From the IMG/VR virus record IMGVR_UViG_3300045988_020417, positions 1 to 35,443 of that record: a stretch of 35,443 nt of DNA. The stretch is one strand, 5' to 3'. Numbering within the stretch: position 1 is the first letter of the stretch; every line of letters starts with the position of its first letter. Below are positions 1-6,930 of this stretch, piece after piece. The stretch is from a virus. The notes under the pieces are model-generated. The model worked only from the letters and a program-made list of their open reading frames with translations. It was not told where the DNA came from and searched no databases. The position numbers were made by a program, and so were the translations under genes.

Positions 1-99
1 AGAAGCTGATAAAGGCTATCTTGCAATTGTTGATTATCTTGGGTTAATTGGTGTTCGCGGTCAGCCGGATCGTCGCTTGCAGATTGAGGAAATCACGCG
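1..99. repeat. 99-bp exact copy of the window end (35345..35443); circular-assembly overlap
   Basis: Direct comparison: bases 1..99 (agaagctgataaaggctatc...gaaatcacgcg) are identical to 35345..35443. The repeat lies in the middle of an open reading frame that continues in phase across the junction. Confidence 0.95.
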
Positions 100-394
100 G
101 CAATTCAAAGTGTTGACCAATGAACTTAGCATTCCAATTGTCCTGCTTAGTCAGTTGTCACGCGCAATTGAAAACCGGCAAGACAAGCAGCCAGTGCTAT
201 CAGACTTACGTGAATCAGGCTCAATTGAACAGGACAGCAACGCGGTTGGCTTTTTATGGAATAGCGACCGTTCAAACGCTCAATCAGATGTTCGCACGGT
301 GACTTTAAGTATTGCTAAAAATCGTGAAGGAGCACTTGGCAGTATTGATTTTAATTTCTTCGCACCAAAACTGCAGTTCAAGGTGGCGTTTTAA
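2..394 (+). CDS. dnaB: Replicative DNA helicase (DnaB-like), C-terminal part; continues from 34476..35443 across the circular junction
   Basis: The frame is open from the window edge. It is in phase with 34476..35443 once the 99-bp overlap is removed. C-terminal DnaB-like motifs are present (IVDYLGLIG, VLLSQLSR, LRESGSIEQD). Confidence 0.85.
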   Translation, partial: EADKGYLAIVDYLGLIGVRGQPDRRLQIEEITRQFKVLTNELSIPIVLLSQLSRAIENRQDKQPVLSDLRESGSIEQDSNAVGFLWNSDRSNAQSDVRTVTLSIAKNREGALGSIDFNFFAPKLQFKVAF

Positions 395-395
395 A

Positions 396-740
396 ATGGC
401 TTATCCAACTATGACACTTAAAGAGTTCAATGAGTACATGCAGGAGGGACATTATCAATACTCGCTGTTCGTTATTCTGCAGCTTGATGAAGCAGCGGAA
501 TATCTAAAAAAGGCGCAACAAGCCGATACTGGTATGAAGAAGTTTTGGTGCCAATGGGCATACGTGACATTAGTCGATGCGTTAGAGACGGCTGAATCAG
601 AATATTATGGGGAAACTAGCGCATATTTACCAACAAAAGAAACTGATCCAGTAACGCGGGCTTACTGCCAAAACACATACGATATTTGGCGAGGATACTT
701 GCAAAAGCTAAACGTGAGTTTACCAGAACAAAAATTTTGA
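396..740 (+). CDS. Hypothetical protein (114 aa)
   Basis: ATG at 396 lies 1 nt after the helicase stop (MAYPTMTLKEF...). I recognise no family. Confidence 0.6.
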   Translation: MAYPTMTLKEFNEYMQEGHYQYSLFVILQLDEAAEYLKKAQQADTGMKKFWCQWAYVTLVDALETAESEYYGETSAYLPTKETDPVTRAYCQNTYDIWRGYLQKLNVSLPEQKF

Positions 741-781
741 GGAGGCAAAAGCATGATTGAGCACAAGGACGTGAAGCCAGC

Positions 782-1195
782 GTGATAAGGCTAACAATAC
801 CCGGTGAGCCGGTTGCTCAAGGGCGGCCTAGGTTTTCTCGGCGAGGAAAGTATGTAAGCACGTATGATCCTCCCAAATCACGTGGATACAAAGAATACAT
901 CAAGCAGATTGCACGTCAGGAGCTCCATATTGAGCCTCTGACGGGTTCTATCAGGATAAACGTAAAAGTATACAGAGGTATTCAAAAATCCGGTAGCAAG
1001 CTTACTAGGCGGAAAAAACAGGACGGCATCATTAGACCAACTGTTAAGCCGGATACAGACAACTATTACAAAGCGGTGTCTGATGCGCTGACCGGGATTT
1101 TGTGGGAAGACGACAACCAAATAGTCGAAATCCATGTTGGCAAATGGTACAGCGATCAACCACGTGTTGAGATTGAAGCAGAAGAGATCGATTAA
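782..1195 (+). CDS. rusA: Holliday junction resolvase, RusA family
   Basis: GTG start. The N-terminus MIRLTIPGEPVAQGRPRF, plus KPDTDNYYKAVSDAL and WEDDNQIV, is the typical RusA layout. Confidence 0.85.
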   Translation: MIRLTIPGEPVAQGRPRFSRRGKYVSTYDPPKSRGYKEYIKQIARQELHIEPLTGSIRINVKVYRGIQKSGSKLTRRKKQDGIIRPTVKPDTDNYYKAVSDALTGILWEDDNQIVEIHVGKWYSDQPRVEIEAEEID

Positions 1196-1207
1196 GGAGA
1201 AAAAATC

Positions 1208-1339
1208 ATGAACAAAAGATTGGCGGTTACAGTAACTGTTTTAGAGCGAGCAGTTCTTCAACTCAATTACTTAAAAAAGAAGAACCCTGACGTTTACTAT
1301 GCAATGTTCGAGACTACCGGCTGGAGGTGTGTGCTATGA
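1208..1339 (+). CDS. Small hypothetical protein (43 aa), below the ORF-track cutoff
   Basis: AAGGAGA RBS at 1195..1201, followed by ATG 1208. The stop overlaps the next start (ATGA at 1336..1339). Confidence 0.5.
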   Translation: MNKRLAVTVTVLERAVLQLNYLKKKNPDVYYAMFETTGWRCVL

Positions 1340-1644
1340 GCAATGAAACTAAGCGGGACGTCAACGTCTTGCCAGAAGAAACCGAGCAGCAGAAGAACTG
1401 CCCATATTGTCATGAGACCGACCCACAATCAAAGCACGCACACTATGGCAAGGCCATTTCAGACAAGACAGAATATTTCGACGTCCGCAAAACGAAACTG
1501 TGCAGACGGGTGAAAGCGCGAATAAAATCTCCAGAAAACAAGCACCCGAAGCTGTGTGTCACGCAAATGAACCGATTCGGAGAAGTATCAGTCGTTTTGG
1601 ATATGGCAATTAACTATTGCCCAATTTGTAGGAGGAAATTATGA
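1336..1644 (+). CDS. Hypothetical zinc-ribbon protein (CPYC...CPIC)
   Basis: GGAGG RBS 8 nt upstream of ATG 1336. Two CxxC pairs lie near the N- and C-termini. Confidence 0.6.
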   Translation: MSNETKRDVNVLPEETEQQKNCPYCHETDPQSKHAHYGKAISDKTEYFDVRKTKLCRRVKARIKSPENKHPKLCVTQMNRFGEVSVVLDMAINYCPICRRKL

Positions 1645-2003
1645 CAGAGACGAAGCGAGACGTGTTGGAGAAATTAGCAGAATGCTACGCCGAGGTTTCT
1701 GACGCATATACCAACGAAGCCGGAATCCCATACTACTGTGACGATGAGCCAAATTATCTTGATGACTATGACGCCGCCTTGCCAGATGACCTTCCGGTGA
1801 TTCCGAAAGCGGTGGGCGATGTGATTGTAAAACTCAAACACAAAAAATTCTCTCTATCCGGAGCGATGAGCTACGCCGCAGTAGTTTCTTTATCTCCATG
1901 GATGACGTTTGAACATGAGAACACCTTCGCCCGTGCATGGGTGCTAGGCGCTTGGAAAGTAGAGGAAACCGGCGAAATCGTGAAATTGGAGGCGGAGAAA
2001 TGA
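1641..2003 (+). CDS. Hypothetical protein (120 aa)
   Basis: ATGA overlap with the upstream gene and a GGAGG RBS. No family assigned with confidence. Confidence 0.6.
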   Translation: MTETKRDVLEKLAECYAEVSDAYTNEAGIPYYCDDEPNYLDDYDAALPDDLPVIPKAVGDVIVKLKHKKFSLSGAMSYAAVVSLSPWMTFEHENTFARAWVLGAWKVEETGEIVKLEAEK

Positions 2004-2419
2004 AACGAGAGATTAAGTTCAGAGCATGGAACAAAAAAGACAAAGTGATGGTTGATGTTGCCGCTATGAATTTGGGTCCAAGCGGATTATGGAGCCTTAT
2101 CGAATATGCCTATGATGCGGAACTACAACTTGCAGATAACTATGATATCATGCAGTACACCGGACTTGAAGACAAGAATGGGCGGGAAATCTACGAAGGC
2201 GATATTCTGAAAGTAACAGGAGAAGACGGTGAATCATATGTAGCAACCGTAAAATGGTTTGGCGATGAAGAATACCCAGCATTTGATTTGAAGGGAATAC
2301 CGGAAACATGGAATTATGATGCAAATGCACTTGCAACCATTTTTCAAAATGGTGTTGAAACATGTGAGGTCATCGGTAACGCACACGAAAATCCGGAGCT
2401 ATTGGAGGGAAAACAATGA
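2000..2419 (+). CDS. YopX family protein
   Basis: The internal ATG at 2000 overlaps the upstream stop. MKREIKFRAWNKKDKVM...YTGLEDKNGREIYEGDIL...IGNAHENPELL is the characteristic YopX pattern. Confidence 0.8.
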   Translation: MKREIKFRAWNKKDKVMVDVAAMNLGPSGLWSLIEYAYDAELQLADNYDIMQYTGLEDKNGREIYEGDILKVTGEDGESYVATVKWFGDEEYPAFDLKGIPETWNYDANALATIFQNGVETCEVIGNAHENPELLEGKQ

Positions 2420-2487
2420 TTGCCGTCATGTTGCTAACTGCGGGTGTTGCAACGTGGATGTGGGCTAACTGGAAAAGAGGAAAATAA
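2416..2487 (+). CDS. Possible 23-aa hydrophobic peptide (MIAVMLLTAGVATWMWANWKRGK)
   Basis: ATGA overlap with the YopX stop. It ends immediately before the next ATG. It is very short, so this call is tentative. Confidence 0.3.
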   Translation: MIAVMLLTAGVATWMWANWKRGK

Positions 2488-2709
2488 ATGAAATCAAAAA
2501 GTAATCGCGTGTTTCAAAATAACGTTCGCAAGAATATCAGCGATAACCACATGCTACAGAAGGATTACGCAAAAAGCATCGGCATTACGACACGTCAACT
2601 GGCGCATCTGCTTCAAGACAACAACGTTAGCTTGGCAAAACTTGATGACTTCGCTGAACGCGTTGGGATTGACCCGTGGGAGCTTATTAGGCCTCCTGAA
2701 GACAAATAA
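2488..2709 (+). CDS. XRE-type helix-turn-helix DNA-binding protein
   Basis: HTH segment QKDYAKSIGITTRQLAHLLQDNNVSL. RBS AGAGGAAAA upstream. Confidence 0.7.
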   Translation: MKSKSNRVFQNNVRKNISDNHMLQKDYAKSIGITTRQLAHLLQDNNVSLAKLDDFAERVGIDPWELIRPPEDK

Positions 2710-2769
2710 AAAAAGCGCACCATTACGGCACGCTTATCCTACAAACCCAAACAAATCATACCATAAGGA

Positions 2770-3207
2770 GTGGACGCAGTAGTGCGAGCAACGAGATATT
2801 TCAGCCCAATTGATCATGACAAAACAATTGAAAACGCCAAAGAGGTCTTGGGGAACTACTGGCATCACAAGCGGATCGCTCAACGTACCAAAATAGCGCT
2901 CAGAAGCCCCGTGATGGACGGCATGCCCAAGTCACCTAGCTATGGCAACAAAGCCGAGGACAAGCTCGTATCGCACGCTGACGAGCTGTACTATATAGCG
3001 TGCTGTGAAGGTGCTATTGAATCTCTGGAATCAGAGAATCATCGGCTTATACTAACAAGCTGTTACTTAACCAAACGATATAGTGACAAGCAAATAATGG
3101 ACAAGCTGTTTTTATCGAAAGCCCAGTATTATCGAACAAAACGTGAAGCGCTAATTGCATTCGCTGAGATTTGCCCATTAGTTGAAATCGAGATGAGACC
3201 TTTGTGA
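2770..3207 (+). CDS. ArpU-family late transcriptional regulator (alternative GTG start at 2782)
   Basis: About 140 aa, upstream of the packaging genes. C-terminal sigma-like segment LSKAQYYRTKREALIAFAE. AAGGAG at 2765..2770 favours GTG 2782 as the start. Confidence 0.65.
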   Translation: MDAVVRATRYFSPIDHDKTIENAKEVLGNYWHHKRIAQRTKIALRSPVMDGMPKSPSYGNKAEDKLVSHADELYYIACCEGAIESLESENHRLILTSCYLTKRYSDKQIMDKLFLSKAQYYRTKREALIAFAEICPLVEIEMRPL

Positions 3208-3316
3208 GACATTTCAACTATTTTTCCGTCATATGATGGTATTGTGCCAAAGGTGAGAAACCTGAGACACCGCATTTTTCCTCCGAGCCTCAGTTATGAT
3301 AAAGCTGTGGCAAGGC

Positions 3317-3372
3317 GTGGCAAATGAGGACTGGCTGAGATAGTCAGGCGGGTTCGATTCCCGCATGCCACA
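3317..3372 (+). ncRNA. tRNA-like element 1 (acceptor stem + T-arm, no D-arm)
   Basis: T-arm GCGGG-TTCGATT-CCCGC (3348..3364). GTGGCA(3317-3322) pairs with TGCCAC(3366-3371). Central hairpin CTGGC-TGAGATA-GTCAG has a non-canonical loop. There is no variable region or D-arm. Confidence 0.5.
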
Positions 3373-3590
3373 TTTCACCCGTGAAGGTCTGTGACGGAGT
3401 AGCTACCGTCACTACGTCCCGATACGCCTACCATGACGATGAGTAGCAGGGTGAACTTATATACCTCCTTAGAGGCTGAGCTTCCCGGTTGAGCGGGACC
3501 AGCCACGGCAGGTCGTGGCACAGTTCTTTGTCCAGTTCAGCGACCGGACACAGCTTGCGATGACCCCATCTGACACTGGGAGAGCGAGCG

Positions 3591-3648
3591 GCAACCGGAG
3601 GATTAACTTTGTGGCCTCTATTATCGGGTTCGACTCCCGGCGGTTGCG
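3591..3648 (+). ncRNA. tRNA-like element 2 (7-bp acceptor stem + T-arm, no D-arm)
   Basis: GCAACCG(3591-3597) pairs perfectly with CGGTTGC(3641-3647). T-arm CGGG-TTCGACT-CCCG (3625..3639). The 26-nt middle part has only a GAGG/CCTC stem. Confidence 0.5.
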
Positions 3649-3652
3649 TTGA

Positions 3653-3685
3653 AGCACTTCATTTTTCGTGAGGTGCTATTTTTAT
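3653..3685 (+). terminator. Intrinsic terminator closing the non-coding region
   Basis: 8-bp stem AGCACTTC(3653-3660)/GAGGTGCT(3670-3677) with one G-U pair and a 9-nt loop, followed by TATTTTTAT. Confidence 0.6.
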
Positions 3686-3708
3686 ACATATTTACGGAGG
3701 AACTCAAC

Positions 3709-4619
3709 TTGAAACAGTCAAAAAATGGAAACGCGGATTACCGTACGTTGGCAACAAGGGCCAAAAGGCAGAAAAGATCATCGACATCTTGCCTGCTGGC
3801 AACCGTCTCATTGACGTATTCGGAGGTGGCAGATCAATTAGCCTGACAGCAGCCTCATCCGGAAAATGGGACGAAGTAGTTTACAATGACAGGCGAAAAA
3901 CGGTTGTTAATCTGTTGAAAGCGTTAATCGAAGACAACCCACACTTCGATTTGATGGATTATGTATATATGGATCGCGAAACGTTTTACAACTGGCGAGA
4001 CAACATGCCTGATTCGATTGAGCGCACGCTTGTGTTGACCATTTGGAGCTTTAGCAACGGCCTAAACAGTTATTTGTGGGGAAAGAAAATCGAAAAAGAA
4101 AAATTGCAACTGACGCGGGCGCTTTTTTGGGGAGACACGGGGACGCAACTTGATGAGCTTTATGCATATGCAAAAAATGAAAACAGTATTTCGGGTAAAT
4201 ACAGGCTGTTTCACAAGTGGCGATTGGAAAAAATGAATATTCGCAGTCGCTATGACGTGCTCCAGCAACTGGCACGGCTGCAACAACTCGAGCGACTCCA
4301 GCAACTCGAGCGACTCCAGCAACTCGAGCGACTCCAGCAACTAAAATATTCAGTGCTTGACTATCGCTCACTCGACATCGGGCCTAGCGACATTGTCTAT
4401 TGTGATCCGCCATATATCGGAACAAGCAAAGACTATGGCGGCTTTGACGATGATGATTTTCAAAGCTGGCTCGCAAAATGTCCGGCAAAGCAAATATATA
4501 TCAGTGAATACACACAGCTGCCTCATACCGAGGTGGCTTTTATTATTGGCAAAAAGATATCTTTTCAAGCAAAAGGCAAGCGGCCGGAAGAACTACTGCT
4601 TAAATATGTAAAAGAATAA
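3709..4619 (+). CDS. N6-adenine DNA methyltransferase (D12/Dam class); N-terminus requires a -1 shift at 3720..3726
   Basis: Motif I DVFGGGRS and motif IV DPPY (YCDPPYIGT). The conserved N-terminal LPYVGNKGQKAEKIIDILP lies in the frame of ORF 3789..4619 but has no in-frame start codon. GGAGG(3696-3700) plus TTG 3709 is in the +1 frame. An A6 run joins the two frames. Confidence 0.75.
4257..4342. repeat. In-frame 18-bp tandem repeat inside the methyltransferase (LQQLER units)
   Basis: Three perfect copies of ctcgagcgactccagcaa at 4287, 4305 and 4323, preceded by about 1.5 degenerate copies. Confidence 0.95.
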
Positions 4620-4635
4620 TTTCGGAGGCGAGTAG

Positions 4636-5784
4636 ATGCAATGGACAGATGAACAAATAAGCGACATTAGGAAGCTCGCCTCTGAAGGCTTTACAAGACG
4701 AGAAACAGCCGACAAGCTCGGGATTAGCTATGATGCGCTTCAAGGCAAAGCAAGACGGCTTGGCATCGAGTTCCAAAAACCACTGAAGAATGAATACGAT
4801 TCAGACGGAACACAGTCCAGTGAGACTATCCTGAAAGTCGTAAGGGGCCACAAAATGACGCCTAGAGAGGTTTTGGAAGCCCACGGGTATGATTACACCA
4901 AGTGGGAACTTGTACGTGCCACAAGCAACTTCTGGAAGCAGACGCCTGAAGCAACATTGTATCAAAGCAAGATACAAATCAGGCCGTTGGTCGAAGCAGA
5001 ACAATATGAATCATTGATGAATGACATCATCACACACAAGGAGCCATACCAAGCTAAGGCTCCTATTTTTGTGGAGTCAGATCGCTATTTAGTCATTCCT
5101 GCGTTTGATACACATTTCAACGGTCACACGTTTGATGTCTATGCTGAATCTCTCAAACGTCAGCTAGAGATCATCCAACGCGGCCACTACGCCAAAATAT
5201 TGCTCATTCTGGGCGGTGATCTGGCTCATGTGGATAATATCAACTCGACCACAGCAAAGGGTACACAGCTCGAAACAACCGACTTAGGCGAGACTGTGAA
5301 CGAAATGGAGCAATACTTCGAGACACTGATTGAAGCAATCATTAAGAATGCCAATGAGTGTGAGGTCATGTATGCGCCAGGTAACCACGACCCGTCAGTT
5401 GGATATATGTTTGCGCGTTTATTAAAACGTGCCTACAGCAACCAGCCGAACATCACTTGGGATATATCGCTGAAGCATTACAAAGGCGCAATGCTCGGCC
5501 ATAACTTCATTGGTGCCACTCACGGAGACAAGGGCAAGAACAACTACCTTGCGAAGTATCTTGATGAGTTCGGCTTCATGCTAGGCACAGCACAGAATCG
5601 CGAACTGTTCACGGGGCATCTCCATTCAGAGATGAGCAAAGACCTAGGCGGATTCGTTCAGCGTCAAGTATCAACGCGCAAGCCAACCGATCAGTGGACT
5701 GATGATATTGGCGTGGTTGCTCACAAAACGTTTGAGCTGGTCGAATACAGCGATCATGATACGAGGGCGATCTATTATGTCTAA
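4636..5784 (+). CDS. GcrA-like N-terminal HTH fused to a calcineurin-like metallophosphoesterase domain
   Basis: The N-terminus MQWTDEQISDIRKLASEGFTRRETADKLGISYDALQGKARRLGI resembles the GcrA DNA-binding domain. Phosphoesterase motifs GGDLAH, GNHD, GATHGD and GHLH follow. Confidence 0.6.
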   Translation: MQWTDEQISDIRKLASEGFTRRETADKLGISYDALQGKARRLGIEFQKPLKNEYDSDGTQSSETILKVVRGHKMTPREVLEAHGYDYTKWELVRATSNFWKQTPEATLYQSKIQIRPLVEAEQYESLMNDIITHKEPYQAKAPIFVESDRYLVIPAFDTHFNGHTFDVYAESLKRQLEIIQRGHYAKILLILGGDLAHVDNINSTTAKGTQLETTDLGETVNEMEQYFETLIEAIIKNANECEVMYAPGNHDPSVGYMFARLLKRAYSNQPNITWDISLKHYKGAMLGHNFIGATHGDKGKNNYLAKYLDEFGFMLGTAQNRELFTGHLHSEMSKDLGGFVQRQVSTRKPTDQWTDDIGVVAHKTFELVEYSDHDTRAIYYV

Positions 5785-6100
5785 CGGAATGAAGCGAGTC
5801 GAATATGGATATGTGAGCAACGTGGAGCAAGCAATAATTGAGAAACTATCGAGAGAAGAGAAACACATGCAAGCATTTATCTACACGAAGCCGCGCTGTC
5901 AAAAGTGCCGGCGAACAGTATTAAAACTGTCACGTGTAATGCCAGTACAAACAGTCACAGCGGACGCGGACGACTACGAGCGGTTCCGCAAGCTAGGCTA
6001 TCGTTCAATGCCAGTCGTAACAGTTTACAAGGCAGACGGCACACATGATGAATGGTGCGACTTGCGGGTTGACAAGATCAAACAATACACGGAAGACTAA
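5777..6100 (+). CDS. NrdH/glutaredoxin-like redoxin (alternative start ATG 5867)
   Basis: MQAFIYTKPRCQKCRRT...SMPVV is a thioredoxin-fold CxxC pattern like NrdH. The upstream ATG 5777 overlaps the preceding stop. Confidence 0.6.
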   Translation: MSNGMKRVEYGYVSNVEQAIIEKLSREEKHMQAFIYTKPRCQKCRRTVLKLSRVMPVQTVTADADDYERFRKLGYRSMPVVTVYKADGTHDEWCDLRVDKIKQYTED

Positions 6101-6136
6101 GAGCTCGTACAAATGCGGGAGGTGTGGTGATATGTA

Positions 6137-6607
6137 ATGGTTGAAAAAATCAAAAGTTTGCAGAATTTTTTAAAGTTACCTGAGAAACAGAAAAAAGCCG
6201 TTATGTTGCTGTTTTCAGGGGAAATGACGCAGGCAAAAATAGCGGAAGAAGTTAATGTTTCAGCGACAACGTTATCCACTTGGAAAACACACGAAGATTT
6301 TAGACGTGGGCAAGATGAATATACACGGTTTATGCTGCATGATTTATCATCTTCGGCCGTACTAACCATGAAAGAGCTATTGAATGCCAAGTCTGAAATG
6401 GTTCGATATAATGCCGCTTCATACATCATCGAAAAGGCTTTGAGCAGTGGTGACGAATTGAATAAACAACAGGCTCGCAAATCAAAGGCTGAGGCTGACA
6501 TCATGGAGGCCAAGGCCAAACGTGAAACTAGCGGAGACGGAACAGATGCTGTTAACGTCAATATCATCGTGCCAAATAGCAACGAGGAGCAGAAATATAA
6601 TGAGTAA
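6137..6607 (+). CDS. terS: Terminase small subunit (HTH type)
   Basis: 156 aa with the HTH MTQAKIAEEVNVSATTLSTWK. It sits directly upstream of TerL and overlaps its start. Confidence 0.65.
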   Translation: MVEKIKSLQNFLKLPEKQKKAVMLLFSGEMTQAKIAEEVNVSATTLSTWKTHEDFRRGQDEYTRFMLHDLSSSAVLTMKELLNAKSEMVRYNAASYIIEKALSSGDELNKQQARKSKAEADIMEAKAKRETSGDGTDAVNVNIIVPNSNEEQKYNE

Positions 6608-6930
6608 TATTACAATCGATATACCTAAAATCGTTTCACCTGCTTATTATCCGATGTTCACGAGCAATGCACGTTATCTCTCGTACAAGGGCAGTCGTGG
6701 ATCTGGCAAGTCAGTGGCCGCGGCTCGTAAGGTGATTGTGGATATACTACTTCACCCTTACGTCAACTGGCTGGTTATCCGGCAATACTTCGGTACACAC
6801 AAAGATTCCACTTTCGCAACCATAAAGAAGGCCGCAAGCGATCTCGGGGTATATGACCTTTTCAAGTTCACAGTGTCACCGCTTGAGATAACATATAAGC
6901 CTACTGGTCAAAAGATATTTTTCCGTGGGT
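6600..6930 (+). CDS. terL: Terminase large subunit, exon 1 (Walker A ATPase part)
   Basis: GAGGAG RBS. YKGSRGSGKS is the Walker A motif. Homology-like sequence ends at IFFRG, and the remaining ORF tail (TNQPTLNLINSVKG*) is intron read-through. Confidence 0.85.

Larger units (their letters stand above)
3225..3685 (+). ncRNA. Candidate large structured non-coding RNA (about 460 nt, ends at an intrinsic terminator)
   Basis: This is the only long stretch in the genome without an RBS-preceded ORF. Perfect local hairpins: 3391-3397/3406-3412 (GTGACGG/CCGTCAC), 3483-3487/3494-3498, 3502-3507/3514-3519. Two tRNA-like minihelices are present. A terminator lies at 3653..3685. The 5' end is not defined. 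Confidence 0.55.

Noticed and set aside
1-99. The 99-bp direct repeat as a physical direct terminal repeat or cos region.
   Set aside because: It lies in the middle of the dnaB coding sequence and keeps the frame. This is what an assembler overlap of a circular or circularly permuted genome looks like. The PBSX-like TerL also suggests headful packaging.
753-785. A 10-codon mini-ORF (MIEHKDVKPA) with a strong GGAGG RBS, overlapping the RusA GTG start.
   Set aside because: It is too short to support as a gene. It may provide translational coupling for rusA, but nothing in the sequence distinguishes that from chance.
3307-3323. GTGGCAA occurs twice (3307, 3317) in the non-coding region and matches the core of the origin iterons (GGTGGCAAAG at 33846..33899), which might suggest a second initiator-binding site.
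   Set aside because: Only a 7-mer is shared. One copy is already explained as the acceptor strand of tRNA-like element 1, and the 11-bp phasing is absent. I treat it as coincidence unless binding data say otherwise.
3307-3372. Calling the T-arm-containing elements as genuine tRNA genes or a tmRNA.
   Set aside because: No D-arm can be drawn, and the anticodon-type loops lack the U33/purine-37 pattern. Element 1 has no variable region. The acceptor partner lies only about 50 nt upstream, so a tmRNA-style long-range closure does not fit. I kept them as tRNA-like elements.
3469-3657. ORF 3469..3657 (-), and the part of ORF 3649..3846 (+) upstream of TTG 3709 (i.e. 3649..3708), as protein-coding genes in the intergenic region.
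   Set aside because: Neither has an RBS at its start. The sequence is Arg/Cys/Ser-rich and lies over the hairpin-rich, tRNA-like region. Only the TTG 3709 portion of the + ORF is used, as the probable translation start of the methyltransferase.
4257-4342. The tandem repeat as a CRISPR array or other non-coding repeat.
   Set aside because: The units are contiguous 18-mers without spacers. They are in frame within a methyltransferase ORF that continues on both sides.
6097-6582. Long minus-strand ORFs. Examples: 6097..6582, 20202..20690, 28041..28508, 13811..14251, 32684..32989.
   Set aside because: Every one lies antisense to a + strand gene with clear family motifs and RBS or overlap-coupled starts. 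None has a recognisable RBS or protein family. They cluster in repeat- or composition-biased genes such as the tape measure protein and scaffold, where antisense frames stay open by chance.
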